Shown: positions 26,882-39,799 of the stretch, one piece after another
Layout: each line of letters starts with the position of its first letter
How positions within the stretch are numbered: the stretch's first letter is position 1
Origin: Hypanus sabinus
Lineage: Eukaryota
Assembly (NCBI RefSeq): GCF_030144855.1
Contig: NC_082731.1
Location: 27,838,001 to 27,902,000 of the forward strand
Length of the DNA stretch: 64,000 bases
Reading direction: 5' to 3'
The notes under the pieces: generated by a model
The model's input: the letters and a program-made list of their open reading frames with translations, nothing else
Told to the model about the DNA's origin: nothing
Database searches by the model: none
Program-made: the position numbers and the translations under genes

Positions 26882-27024
26882 CTTGACAACAGTGACAAAG
26901 GTGCTGTAGAGGAAACTGATGATGAACAGAATGGCAAAGGCAGCAACTGTAGGCAGATTGTCATCTCCATCCACGTGTCCCTGTTCTTCCTCCCCCTCCT
27001 CTCCTGTCAAGTCTGTGCAGGTTT
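26882..27024 (-). CDS. IgW: Ig heavy-chain transmembrane exon TM1 (IgW-type), intact
   Basis: Acceptor ttctttcag, donor gtaact, 143 nt, phase 1 to 0, open: ETCTDLTGEEGEEEQGHVDGDDNLPTVAAFAILFIISFLYSTFVTVVK. Acidic spacer plus CART-like F..LF..S..YST.VT..K. Confidence 0.9.
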
Positions 27025-27139
27025 CTGAAAGAATTGAGAAAGTGACGTTTCCTGAAGATCAACAACATCCCAATCACATGAAGACAACAAGAAGAGAGCA
27101 ACAGAGGGGACGTGAGCCAGTTCCACTATTCAATGATAT

Positions 27140-27488
27140 TATGAGGGGGTGATTGATAAATTTGTGCTTAAGGTAGGAGGAGTCAATTTTAGAAAACCTG
27201 GCACATTTATTTTTCAACATAGTGCCCTCCGACATTTACACACTTAGTCCGCTGTCGTGGAGCTTACGTATCTCTTCTTTGTAGAAGTTGGCATCTTGGA
27301 CCTCCAAAAGTGGTCCACAGCAGGGGTAATTGATAAGTTGGTGCCCTAAGGTAGAAGGAGATGAGTTATTAACTTCAAACTTTCTGCATAATCACTCAAA
27401 GAGTTAACTGCATACACATGTAATGAGAGCTGCATAACTCATGTCCTTTTACCTAAGGCCACAAACTTACCAATCACCCCAGCTGTGG
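27140..27488. mobile_element. Tc1/Mariner-like MITE with nested internal palindrome
   Basis: Starts tatgagggggtgattgataa...; 27315-27368 and about 27435-27488 form an imperfect inverted repeat of about 54 bp; no transposase. Confidence 0.6.
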
Positions 27489-29874
27489 GCCAATTCTAGT
27501 ATTCAAAACTAGTAAATGAACTAGTTTCTCCTCATCGACTCTGTTCACTCCACTGAAAATATTGACCATATCTCCAGATCTTCCATTAGTGTTCTTCATT
27601 ACAGATGCTCCACTCTCACTTAACATCATCCCATCTGGAAGTGCATGTATGCTCAGCACTCTCTCCAAGACAGTTTGTCCTTCTCCGGATGTGGTCCCAA
27701 GACCTTGAGTTGGCTCTTGCCAATTCATTTCGTCCATTATCTCTGTAGTTAAAACCTTACAGATTGCTGATAGATTTGCCAGCCTTGTGGGAGTTGTCAT
27801 GTGGGTATCTGCCCACTATCAGCACCAAATGTTTGTCTTTTGATCACTGCTGTGAATGGATTCTGTAAGCGGTCTATTGCTGTGTGTCTCACTGTGGCAG
27901 GCGGGTCGGCCTCTCTGCCTCATGTGGTCTCCCTCTCTTGATGAATATCAGTGATATCGGAGATGGTATTGTGGGTCTGTGTTTATGGATTGGGCTATTG
28001 TGTTTATGGACTGTGAACATTTTCAGACTTATGGTTTTTATATTTTGAGTTTCTTAATGACCGTTCCTTTTCGGATTTGTTTTGTGAGGGGAGGGTGTTT
28101 GCGGGTCGGTGTTCTGTTAGTTTTTTGTGCGGGGGAGGAGTTGCTTTTTGGGGGTAGATGTTTATGTTCAGTTTTCTGTGGGAGAGAGTGCCTTTGGGGG
28201 TTTGAAGATCGGATACTATTCATTTTTGTACAAGGGAGTTGGTTTGCTGTCTCTGAATGACTTTCATATTTTTTTGTTTTTGTGGCTATCTGGTGAATCA
28301 AATTTCAGAGTTGTATATGGATACATGCTTTGATAATAAATGAACCTTTGAACTTTTTATCTAGTGAATCACTTTGGCACTGAACACATTGCTGTAGGTC
28401 ACAGGGGATCACTGCCTATGTCCTCTCTAAGCTTTTCGCATGTGTGCGTGGACACGCGTTTTTCAACCAGCACACAAAGGAAATTAATGATTACTTACCT
28501 AAAATACTGTAGTAATTAATAATTATACTTATTGAAATGCCAAAGACAGGAGAGAAAAAATACCTGAGTGACTTAAATATGTATGCTATTTTGTTGTTAT
28601 TCTGTACAGTTTTATGTCAAATATTTTGTAAACTTACATAAACTGTGCCATGTGTGCATTCAGTGTGCACATACTTTTGTCACAGGAAAACATTTCCACA
28701 GCATAAGATTTTTGCACACAATGACTACTAAAAAATACAGGGAACGTAGATCACTGCCAACATATTGTCCCTACTTTCTGTAACTCTCCACTTTCAGAAT
28801 GAGTTCACGAAATGTCTTCACAAAGTTGATAAAATACCTTTCCCTGTCAATTAACCTTATATATTTGAAACTGTGGACCAATCGGGAATGTTCTATCATT
28901 TGCACAGTGAAACTATAATGTATACACACACACACACCCCTGCTTGCTGCAAAAATGGAGGCCCCTCCTTCTCCCTTATTAGGGGGAGAGAGAACCTGTG
29001 GTATGTCGAATGTCGGGTGAAATGCAAAGTCTCTGGGGTAACTGCAAGCATGTGTCTTTGCTATTGCTTTACTCACACTTGAGTGCTCGGTGGTGGGTGC
29101 CAATGCACTTTTCTTTGCTGCTGGCTGGAGGGGGGGGATTGTTGCTTGTTGCTACTTATGTGTGGAGGGGGGTAGCTGGAGGGACTTTGGGGTCTAACAT
29201 TTGACAGTTGTTCATTCTTTGGGACACTGTTTTCATGGATGGTTGCGAAGGTAAAGCATTTCTGGATGTATATTGTGGACATTTCTCTGACATTAAATTG
29301 GACCTTTGAACGTTTGATATCTACTTGAGTATCTGTCTGTCTGTGCAATGAAGGACAGGACCAACCAGGCAACACTTCCCACCCCTCATGTTTAAGTCAC
29401 ACACTTGCATCCCAAAACATACTGGCATGGAACACTGGCAGTTGAATGCTTTCCATACCTTCTTTACTGAACTTTGATTACACAACCACAGGCTGGCATT
29501 TAACCTCTCAAGTAGTCTACACAAGTTTCCAATAGGATTAGACTAAAACAAGGAAGTCTTAACAAGAACTGCAGGATCTCAGAAATGTTAGTCATTTATT
29601 TCCTTATATTTAATCCTGAAATATATATTTCCATTTTGAGTTAATGAGAAAGGGCTTGCAGGCCATCTTGCTTGTTTCAGTAATGCAAACCACACTATCA
29701 ATTGGATCAACAATCAATTGAAGGTTGACAATTGGAGTTATTGACCACTCTGCACATGGGAATCTCTGCTGCAGAGAACCCAGTAACCCAACCTCTTTCC
29801 ATCTCATCTGGTGGGGAAGGGTAACTTTAGAGGGTTCCTATTGTGAATGGACTTTTTTATTCATATGATATTTA

Positions 29875-32800
29875 TGTAACCCTCAGGCTCGCCCAGTTCG
29901 CATTTGTCTAGGGGAATCAGCCTTCAGCCCTGCCAAACTGGGTAATCATGTTTGTGTGGATGCTGTGTAACGTACCTCCAGTTAGAAATCACAACACAAA
30001 ATACCAGACAGTACACCAGATGCAATTAAATGATAGAACTTTATGAACCTTAACCTGAATATAGGGTTAGTAATGAAAATAAACAAAAAAAACAGCTCTC
30101 CAACTCTCCAGCTCTACCAGCTCTCTCCACACGCATCTTCCCTCTTCATCTCTCCTCAACAAAAGACCATGAAAAACAACATCCTTCCAGATACACAAGA
30201 CAAAACAACAATCCCCGATTGTCTGACAGGCATACAGCAGTCCTGTTATCTCCAGCCATAGGCCAAACATTGCTGCTACAGAGAAACCATTACCTCAGCA
30301 GTGAAACATTACAAAGAAGCCATACATTCTCCCCCCCCCCACCAAATTTAGTCATGTCCTCATGACATTGAAATAATTTGCCAATCCATCCTGCAAAACA
30401 CAAAGCCCAATCCAGGTGCAAAAGGCAGAGACATAGCTCCCCAAAACAGTAGAGATCATGCATTGTTCCCCGGGCGCTACATAGGCCAACCTATCCGGTG
30501 GTTTCCTGATCCTCTCAGACCTCCGTACCTCCTCACCCAACTCTTCAGGCTCAGACACTAGTGGGATACTTCGGGTCTACTTGGCGAATCCTCCCTCAAT
30601 CTATCACTCATGCCCCCCTGCAACTCGGAGCCCTCTGTCTCGTGTCCAGCCCCCGCTTCCTCTACTTCAGGGTCCTGCTGTAACCCAGGCTGCCCACAGA
30701 TAGCACCCCCCCCCACCTCACCTAACTCAGTGGGAGAAGGGCCAGGAGTCTCTTCCTCAGTCAATGGGGAGTTAGCAAAAGGCAGCATGTACCACACATC
30801 AAGATCATCATCCTCCGAATCAGTATCTTCTGAATCAGTACCCCGCTCATGGGCGGGGCCCAGCCTAGCCTGTTCCACTGTGGGCCTTACAGTCTCCCAG
30901 CATTTTCGCAGGGTCCTCTTACTAGGTGTAGGCTCCAATTCAGGCTGTGGGTCTACCTGCACCTCTTATTTCCTTGATTCTGCTTGGCGGCCGCAACCCC
31001 AGCCAATTCATAATTCCTTTTCAGCTCTCTCCTCATATCAGACATATACTTCAGATAAGGCTTCGGTGGTAAGTCACTCTCGTCAGTCCCAAAACAAAGG
31101 TCAGTGGGCAACCTCGCTTTGCACCCAAACATCAGGTAATATGGCAAGTACCCAGTAGCTTCATTTCGTGTACAATTATCACTGTGAACCAGATGCCCAA
31201 TATATTGACTTCAACTGCTCTTCTTGCTGATCTCCAGGGTCCCGAACATGTCTATCAAGGTCCGATTAAATCTCTCAGGCTGGGGATCGCCCTGCGGGTA
31301 ATAGGGCATGGTCCTCAACTTCTCAACTCCAAGCATGCCCAATAACTCATAGATGAGTCTGCTCTCGAAGTCCCGTCCCTGGTCTCTATGTATCCTCCTG
31401 GGAAGGCCATAATAAACAAAGTACTTTTCCCATAACACTTTTGCCATCGTAGTCTCCCTTTGGTACTTGGTAGGAAAATCTGGTGTAGTGGTCCGTGATG
31501 ACTAAGACATTCGCCATGTTGCTGGCATCAGGTTCTATGGACAGGAAATCCGTACACACCAGGTCCAGGGGCCCTGCACTCTGCAAGTGGGAAAAAGGAG
31601 CTGCCCACGTAGGCAGTGTCTTCCACCGTGTGCAGCGAATGCACGACTTGTAGTATTCGTCAACCTCTGACTTCATTCGGAGCCATTAAAACCGGTCTCT
31701 GAACAATCCATAGGTTTTCTCCATCCCCAAATGTCCACAATCATCATGAAGTGACTTCAAAGCAATCCTCTGATACTTCTTAGGCAGACCCAGCTGGGAA
31801 TGCTGAGTTTCGTCCGGGGGTGCTGTGACCTGATATAAGATCTGGTTCTTCAACTCCAACTGAGGCCATTCTTTCACTAATGGAGGCATCGTCTTCTCCA
31901 CCTGAGCCATGTCTCCCTTTTCAACCTCGGACCAAATAGTGCCTATACCTATATCATCTCGCTGAGCAGCTGCCACTTCCCCAGAACTCAATTCCGGCAG
32001 CTGATTTGTCTTCAGTGCAGTCAGGTTACAGTAAACTTGGGATATGGCATCATCAGAAGCCCCCAGTTGATCCACTGCTTGATCCAGCTTCTCCTCTTTC
32101 TCTGCCTGCAAGGTGATGGCAAACTGACACAAGGCCTTCACCCCAGGGGCAGGAATGCTCTCTCACTCATCGTCTATGTCCAGCCCCTCATGCACCTGTT
32201 GGGACAAAGCATTAATGTTCTGGCTCCCCGGCAGGTACTTCAGGCTGAAATCATAGGCAGACAACGCTGCCAACCATCGATGGCCTGTGGCATCCAGTTT
32301 CGCCGAGGTCAGGATCTAAGTTAGGGGTTGTTGTCCGTCCTCACCTCAAACTTGGCCCCGTAGAGATAGTCACTTAGCTTATCAACTACCGTCCATTTCA
32401 ATGCCAGGAATTCCAACTTGTGCGTGGGATAGATTCTCTTGGAGGGCGAAAAACTCTGGCTGACAAACACTACAGGTCTCAACCCGGCGCCCTGATCCTG
32501 ATAAAGGACACCACGTAAACCTTCCTGGCTGGCATCTGTGTGCAGAACCTACGGCAATTGGGGGTCCGCAAAAGCCATCACTGGTGCCTGGGTCAGAATC
32601 TCCTTCAATGACTGAAAGGCCTCCTCACATTTTACATCCCACCTCTGTCCAAAAGGTTCTGATGGGTTAAGATACACTCCACCCTCTTTGTCCTCCCCCC
32701 CCCCTCCCTTTCTTCCCCAAGGGAGGGTAACTACGCAGAAGCTGATTCAAGGGGTGACTCACTTTGGCGTAGCCCTTCACGAATCTCTGATAATAACCAC

Positions 32801-35800
32801 AGAACCCTAGGAATGAGCACAGAGTGCTCAGAGTCCGGGGCCTTGGCCAAGTGGTCACCACTTCTATCTTAGACGGGTCTTAGCTACTCCATTCCATGAG
32901 ATTATAGGTCAGACATAGCTCACAGATGTTTTGCAGAACTGGCACTTGTCCAGGGAAAGTTTTAACACTTCAGGTTTCAGGTGGCCGAGCACCTTCAGTA
33001 GCCTTGCTTCATGTTCTTCCAAGGTGGATCCGTTTTCTTTTTCAATCTTTTTATTAAGTTTTTCAAAAGTAAATACATAATGATCATAATAGTATAGAGG
33101 GAGTGGGATTACATTGTTGGTAATTAACATATGAAAGAAAAGCTAAAAATAGCACCATTCAAATATAATTGACCTCCCAAACCCTTGATACCAAAAGTAG
33201 ACAAAAATAAAAAGATGGAAAACAAACCCAAATTGAAATTTAAAAAAAAAGCTAAACTATATTAAACCAAACTAAAACAAAACTAAACAAAGCTGGGCTA
33301 TTCAATTATATCAAATAAAATCTTTAACATTGTTAACTCTGCTTCTCTACTCAAGTCAATGAATAAAATAAAGGAATTGGAAAAGATCAAATAAAGTTCT
33401 ATGAAAGTGTTGAATAAAAGGCCTCCAAGTTTCTTCAAATTTAATCAGGGGTTCAAATATACCACTTCTTTTTTTTCCAAATTTAAACAAGATATGGTTT
33501 GGGAGAACCACTGAGATGTGGTTGGAGGATTAATCTCTTTCCAGTTAAATAGAATAGATCTTCTAGCCATTAAGGTAGCAAATGCAATCATCCACCAAGC
33601 TGCAGAGGGCAAATCAATCATTGCTAAGCCAAAAATTGCAGTAATTGGATGAGGTTGTAAATCAATAAGTAAAATTGTGGAGAATATATCAAAAGTAGCT
33701 TTCCAAAATTTTTCCAAAAGAGGCAAGATCAAAACATATGAGTCAAAGATGCTACCTCAGAATGACATCTATCACAGATCGGATTTAAATGAGAATAAAA
33801 TCGAGCTAACTTATCGTTGGACATATGTGCCCTCTGTACCACTTTAAACTGAATCAACGTATGTTTAGCACAAATAGAAGAAAAATTAACTAATTGTAAA
33901 ATTTTCTCCCATTTCTTTATAGGTACAGAAAGTTGAAGTTCCTTCTCCCATTTGTTTTTAATTTTATCAGATATATCTGGCTGTATATTCATAATCATAC
34001 CATAAATGGTTGCTATTAAACCCCTTTGATAACGATTTAAGCCTAAAATTTTTCCATGATATCAGTTGAATGTGAAATCGGAAAGGTCGGTAACATCATA
34101 TTTTAAAAATCTCTAATCTGTAAATTTTTAAAAAATTAGATTTGGGCAAATTATATTTATTAGACAACTGTTCAAACAACATGAAACAGTTATCCAGAAA
34201 TAAATCACAAAAACATATTATACCCTTCATTTTCCAAACCTAAAGGCTTGATCCATGACAGAGGGTTGAAAGAAAAAATTCATTGTAACAGGACTTGATA
34301 AAATAAATTTATTCAAGCCAAAGAATTCATGAAACTGAAATCATATTCATAATGTTTGTTTAATTAACCATTTGTTTATTCAATTTAGAGAGAACCAAGG
34401 GAAGCGAAGTCCCTGAGATGGAAGCCAATGAAATTCCTTGTGCCAAATTGCGTTCAAGATTAACCCAATGAGGACTAACATTCAAATCCACTTCATGTGT
34501 CCAAAATATTAAAATTCAAATATTAATTGCCCAGTAATAAAATCTTAAATTCTGCAAAGCAAAGCCACTATTTTTTTTAGATCTCTGCAAATATTTTTTA
34601 CTTCATCTAGGATTTTTATTTTGCCATATATAAGATGAAATTTTAGAGTCAATAGTATCAAAAAAGGATTTTGGAATAAAGATTGGTACTGCTTGGAAAA
34701 GATATAAAAATTTAGGTAAAATAATCATTTTGATAGTATTAATTTGGCCAATCAATGATATAGACAATAAGAACCATTTAGTAACCGATTGTTTCACCTG
34801 ACCAATTAAGGGTGGATACAAATACTATGAAGTCATCCAAATACACCCTCACCTCAAGCAAGTTCATATCCCCCACCATCTTCTCCATAACCCACTGGAA
34901 TGTTGTAGGGGCTCCTGATATGCCCTGGGGCATCCTTTCAAACTGGAAGAATCCCAGGGGACATATAAATGCCATCTTCTCTTTGTCGGCCTCTCTCATC
35001 GGGATCTGGGAATATCCACTCCTCAAATCCAGCACATTCAATACTTTGCACCATTCAGACAGGCCAGCACTTCTTTGACCCTCGTGACCGTATACTGGTC
35101 AGGGACGGGCCACTACTATTGGGTACACATAGGGGCTTCGGGACTCTGTGACGATCCCAGCTTCCTTCAACGTACAAAATACCGCCACACATCCTCCAAG
35201 TCTGTAGGGGCGATTTGCCACGACTTCTCTGTAAACGGGGTGGCCTCGGTCACTAGAGATAGTGTGATGCGTGCTGTTGGAACAACCCACATCAAACTCG
35301 CCAATGGGAAAGACACCTTCCAATTTCAACATCTTCTCGACCAGCCTCCTTTTCCAATCCAGCGGCACTGGGGTGTCTCCGGAGTTGAATGACTCAGTGG
35401 TCAACTTCTCCCCCTTTTCCAATAGTTTCTCTCCAGAGTGCCTCATGGGGGCACTAGACATTACCGTCACCAGGAACAAATGTGCCAGGGGCATCCCCCG
35501 CATGAAGGTGACCTCCCACTTCGTAGTGTTCCTGACAATCACTGCCATCCTGCTCACCTGTACAACTGAGGACTTCTGCAATTCGGGCCTCACCAGTACC
35601 CCAGCCGGAAATCCCAACTCCCCCTCACACTTTCAATCAATCTCTGTCGCTTTTTGTCATCAGAGCACTGCCACTCATCTAACAACTGAGGTCTGCTCCA
35701 CCCACATCTCATATTCCTCTTCCCCCTCGGGGGTGGGCATTACTCCAGAGAAAATTCTTAGCTTCCAGCAGGGACCTGCTGCCTGTGCACTGGGCCACTT

Positions 35801-36945
35801 ACTCACCAGGGAGGTAAGGGCTGATGAAACTTAGAACCCTCACTCTTCACTGGGGTACGGGGTCTAATTAAACTTTCCAAATCCGACCACTCTTTTCCCT
35901 CATTCTTCAGAAATGATAGAGCCCTGTCTCTGAAATCTCTGCCCCCAACTGCGGGTAACTCAGCTTGTGCCCCAGCCTGCTGGGCTCCCTTCTCCTCCTC
36001 CCTGACAGAATGGACAGTGAATGGCCTCACCTCACCTGGGGCACCGATAGACACTGACAGTCCTGCTGCCATTATGTCAGCACTCGTCTGACAGAACAAG
36101 CTCGAAGCACCATTTTATCAAAATTTCGCGCTACGATTTCAACTTTGCCAACAGCTTTAACCATACTCAAAAATCAAAGTAACAATTCATCCAGGGTATG
36201 AATATCCACCCCACTCAACATGCACGCATTAATTACCAGCAGTCTCACAATGGCACACCAGCGCTCGACCTCAGCAGCATCTATACCAGCACAGGTTTAA
36301 ACAGGGCAATCGCACAGCATCCAATGGAATCAATCCAGGATGCAGCCCCCACAATTATGACCCTCAGGCTCACCCAGCTCACCTTCGTCTAGGGATATCA
36401 GCCTTCGGCCCTGCCAAACTAGGTAATCATGTTTGTGTGGATGCTGTGTAATGTACCCCCAGTTACAAACCACAACGCAAAATACCAGACAGTACACCAT
36501 ATGCAATTAAATGATAGAACTTTATGGATCTTGATCTGAATATAGGGTTAGTAATGAAAATAAACAAAACAAAGGGCCCAAGTCAAGTTAAAGTCACGTT
36601 GGAGCTCGCTCAGTAGTCATTCTTCCACCATCGGTCTCCTCCGAACGTCGCCGACCTTCGAACCCCCAGATCCCAATCCACTCCTTCCGGTGGTCTTCCA
36701 GCTCTTTCCACACACATCTTCCCTCTTCATCTCTCCTCGGCAGAAGACCACGAAAAACAACAACCTTCCAGATACACAAGACAAAACAACAATCCCCGAT
36801 TGGCTAACAGGCATACGACAGTCCTGTTTTCTCCAGCCATAACCCAAACATTGCAGCTACAGAGAAACCATTACCTCACAGTGAACATTACAAAGAAGTC
36901 ATTTCATTAGCCTTATCAGTAAAACATTACAAAGAAGCCATTACA
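29875..36945 (-). mobile_element. Full-length degenerate Gypsy LTR retrotransposon
   Basis: LTRs 29875-30326 and about 36356-36945; 4-bp TSD ttta on both sides; PPT (G-run) near 30330-30340; degenerate tRNA-Pro-like PBS tgggggctgcatcctggat (about 36334-36352); RT LDLRSGYSQIPM...FERMPQGISGAPTTFQ...VYLDD; integrase DQGRDFES...YYPQGDPQPERFNRTL. Confidence 0.93.
33032..34810 (-). mobile_element. 5'-truncated L1 inserted in the Gypsy RT
   Basis: L1 ORF2 C-terminal fragments (INTIKMIILPKFLYLFQ; CDRCHSEVASLTHMF); A-rich tail at about 33032-33055; near-perfect 9-bp TSD ggtggatcc (33023-33031) / ggtggatac (34811-34819). Confidence 0.88.
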
Positions 36946-37347
36946 TTTACCTGGAATATTCTGCTATTACACATTCTAGTCAATGTTTACACCACTAGTG
37001 ATCTCTCCGCATGTATAAGTTAAAGCTTTTTACTTTTGGAAAGGAAAGAGAATGTGGAACGTGTTCAGCAGGCTAGAGAACATTTGTGTAACAGAGAAAG
37101 GACTAACACTGAGATAGCATCACAAGTGTACTCTACCATTGCTTCAGCACTAGTTCTGTTCCTGGCTGAATACTGTGCATCTCTGGTTTACTGGAAGTCA
37201 ACAACTGTCTGGTGTCCAGTTACATTACACAATGCCTGCTCCAGTTGAATTCAGTTCCTCCAGTTCTGCTGACAGATAGACTTGCTTCCTGTTTCTGAGA
37301 TCTTGGTGTGCAAACATTGATCCTGCAGTCATTATTTCATCATTCCC

Positions 37348-37625
37348 TCACTGACAAGGCCGGCATTCCTTGCTCTGCTCCAGCCGGCCGATCACAGAGC
37401 AGTGAAGAGTTTGGTGTGGGACTGATGGATATGGGTAAACAGGGTAGGAAGGCCAGTGTCCTTCACCAAAGAAAATCAGAGAAATAGTTTGTAATCTCAA
37501 ACTAGAATCCGGCACAGTCACCTCTGGTTGTGTGATCGCGCCATTGTGCTGAGGCTTGGGAACAGACTGTAGGTCAGTGATCCTGGTACTAGTACTGAGG
37601 GAGTGCTGCACTCTCACACATCTGT
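37348..37625 (-). CDS. Candidate separate secretory exon following C4'
   Basis: Acceptor ctctgtcacatctcag at 37626; a phase-1 splice from the C4' donor gives an open frame DRCVRVQHSLST...HWPSYPVYPYPSVPHQTLHCSVIGRLEQSKECRPCQ* with a penultimate Cys like Ig tailpieces; possible variant polyA signal AGTAAA at 37029-37034. Confidence 0.55.
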
Positions 37626-37879
37626 CTGAGATGTGACAGAGGGGCCCAGATGGGCACTTACTGATGGACAGACAGACCTTGTGTTGGTAGTTTGGAAGAG
37701 AGTCAAGTTTGAAGGCATTGCATGAACTCTGATTCTTTCCCACTCTCTGCCTCTGCATTATTAATCCACTCACACAACGACAACAATGCCACACTTGCCG
37801 TTACCTATTGACCTTGCTTGGCCCTGGGTTGTGGCTGTGGCAGAGGATGTCAACAGTGGAGTGAGTCTCAGAATCATAC

Positions 37880-38203
37880 CTTGAATGTTTTTCACATCCT
37901 GCCTGACACTGGTGTTGGAGGGGGGATGAGACACTGTGCATCTGAAAACTGAGCCTTCCTTCCACTCCTCTGTGCTCACGGTCAGGACGTAGCTGGCAAT
38001 GAAAGTCCTCACCTGTTCCAGAGCAGTTGGTCTCACACTGATGTTGGAAGAGATCAGAGAGTCCCCTTTCTCCCAGGTGATGGTTATTTGGTTTGGGCAG
38101 AATCCAGGGGCAACACACTCGAGGGTGATTGTGTTTCTATTCTTGGTCTCTCCCTCTGGTGGAGGCAGCAGTCTGACTTAGGGACCGTTTGTCTCCAATG
38201 GAA
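37880..38203 (-). pseudogene. IgW: IgW C4-like exon, second copy (C4'), in-frame TAA at 38178-38180
   Basis: 324 nt, phase 1-1, AG/GT intact: VPLETNGP*VRLLPPPEGETKNRNTITLECVAPGFCPNQITITWEKG...PTALEQVRTF...EEWKEGSVFRCTVSHPPS...KNIQ; C1-set Cys-Trp-Cys core. Confidence 0.9.
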
Positions 38204-38286
38204 CTGATGGGCAAACAATGGAAATGTCAAACATTTTTTACTGAGGTAACAACATTGTCCATTTTAATCGCTGACCTCTTGCCCAC

Positions 38287-38588
38287 CTTCGGTACTTTTT
38301 GTCCGTGCTGATACTGGTGAGGTTGAAGAAGGTTGTTGGGCAGAGCAAGTGTACTCCACCCCACTGGCCCACTCCTCCACACTGGTCTGGAGTTGGCTGA
38401 TCACTGTGTCTCGGGTTCCTTCCTCTCTCGGTTTTTTGGTCATGTTTGCTTTGATTTTCTCCCTCTCGTTCACATGCCAGTGGATTTGGACCTGGCTCAG
38501 ATCAGCACCCACAATCATACACACCAGAGTAGCGGTCTGGTTGATCCACATCTCTTAATGGGGGGATTTTGGATAAAGCCAGACAACT
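38287..38588 (-). pseudogene. IgW: IgW C3-like exon, second copy (C3'), 1-nt frameshift
   Basis: 302 nt (one short of 303): ELSGFIQNPPI / EMWINQTATLVCMIVGADLSQVQIHW...ISQLQTSVEEWASGVEYTCSAQQPSSTSPVSARTKSTE; splice sites intact. Confidence 0.9.
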
Positions 38589-39799
38589 CTGTAGATGAAA
38601 AATAGAAAATTTACAAACTGGACAATATCTGCTGTCAGCTGGCTTGACAACTTCAGCTCAGACTTATCCTGAAGCTCAATTTGTACAGAATTGTACATTG
38701 GAATGAAATCAGGTTTGTTTGCAGAGTGGGTTGCTCATCTTTGCTTACAACTTTGACGGAGAAAACTAACTCAAACATCAAGGAGCTTATTTCCTCAGGA
38801 CCCAGCCGGGTCACAGCAGGGGCTGCAGGACAGTTGCCCAGCCACGTGACAGTTGTAATAGCTGCTGTAATGCCAATAAAATACACTATTTGATCTGTGA
38901 ATTGCGAGAAAAGATGCAGTTTTTGATCAAAGACAACATTTCCTGCAATCTTCCCATCTCAGGAGGGAATTTGTGGGAATACACACCAGTCTTCATTGAG
39001 GGATCTTCAGTGGAAAGGCTGAGCAGTTTCCAGTTCCTGTGTGTTAATATCTCTGAAGATCCATCCTGAGACCAGTACATTGATGCAATAACAAAGAACG
39101 CTTGACAGTGGCTGCATTTCATTTGGAGTTTGAGTATGTTAATATATTGGTAAAGACTGTCACAGATATAGATATACCGTGAAGAACATTCTACCTGCTT
39201 CACAATCAGAAAAAGCTGCAGAAAGTTGTAAACTCAGCCAGCTGTATCATGGGCACCGATCACCATCCAGTGTTGATGACTCCTTCAACAGGGGATGCCT
39301 CAAGCAGGTGGTGTTGTGTATTTGCAACCTACCTTAGTATTAATTAGACAGTGCATATATCACAACTCGATGCTTTATGCTCTTGAAGTGTCTTTATTTC
39401 TCATTCTTGCTTCCATGCTCTCTCACAGCATGTGTTGTTCTGTCCCAGACTGATGGCCGAACTTGACAAGTGTCAGACTACATTAACTGACCTTACCATT
39501 TTAATACTTGACATCACTCCTTTCCTGAGTAATGAACTTCAAAGTTTTAGAACCCGTTCAACTCACAGATTTAATCATTTGAATTCAACACTATTCTCTG
39601 ATATAACCAACACATTTTCTGTTTCAATCTAATGATAACTCTGGAACCGAAAACTTCATTTTTGACTTGTAACAGTTAGCATTGTTTCAAACCCACAACT
39701 TAAAGCTCTACTTCAATCCAAAATCATTAAACTTCAGTGGTTGTTTCCTAACCCTTTGAGGTCTCTCTTTGCTTTCAATGTCTTGTCATGACTTTTGCT

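Noticed and set aside
30610-31158. Long plus-strand ORFs such as 30610-31158, 39795-40391 and 4761-5195
   Set aside because: Antisense or low-complexity frames of recognised retroelements; no independent coding signal.
37526-37548. RSS-like CACAATG...ACACAACC on the minus strand
   Set aside because: Spacer is about 8 nt, not 12 or 23; lies within the candidate Sec exon with no adjacent V/D/J coding segment.
37770-37879. Read-through tail of C4' (GMILRL...GKCGIVVVV*)
   Set aside because: A consensus GTATGA donor is present, the tail lacks tailpiece features, and a better in-phase exon lies downstream.
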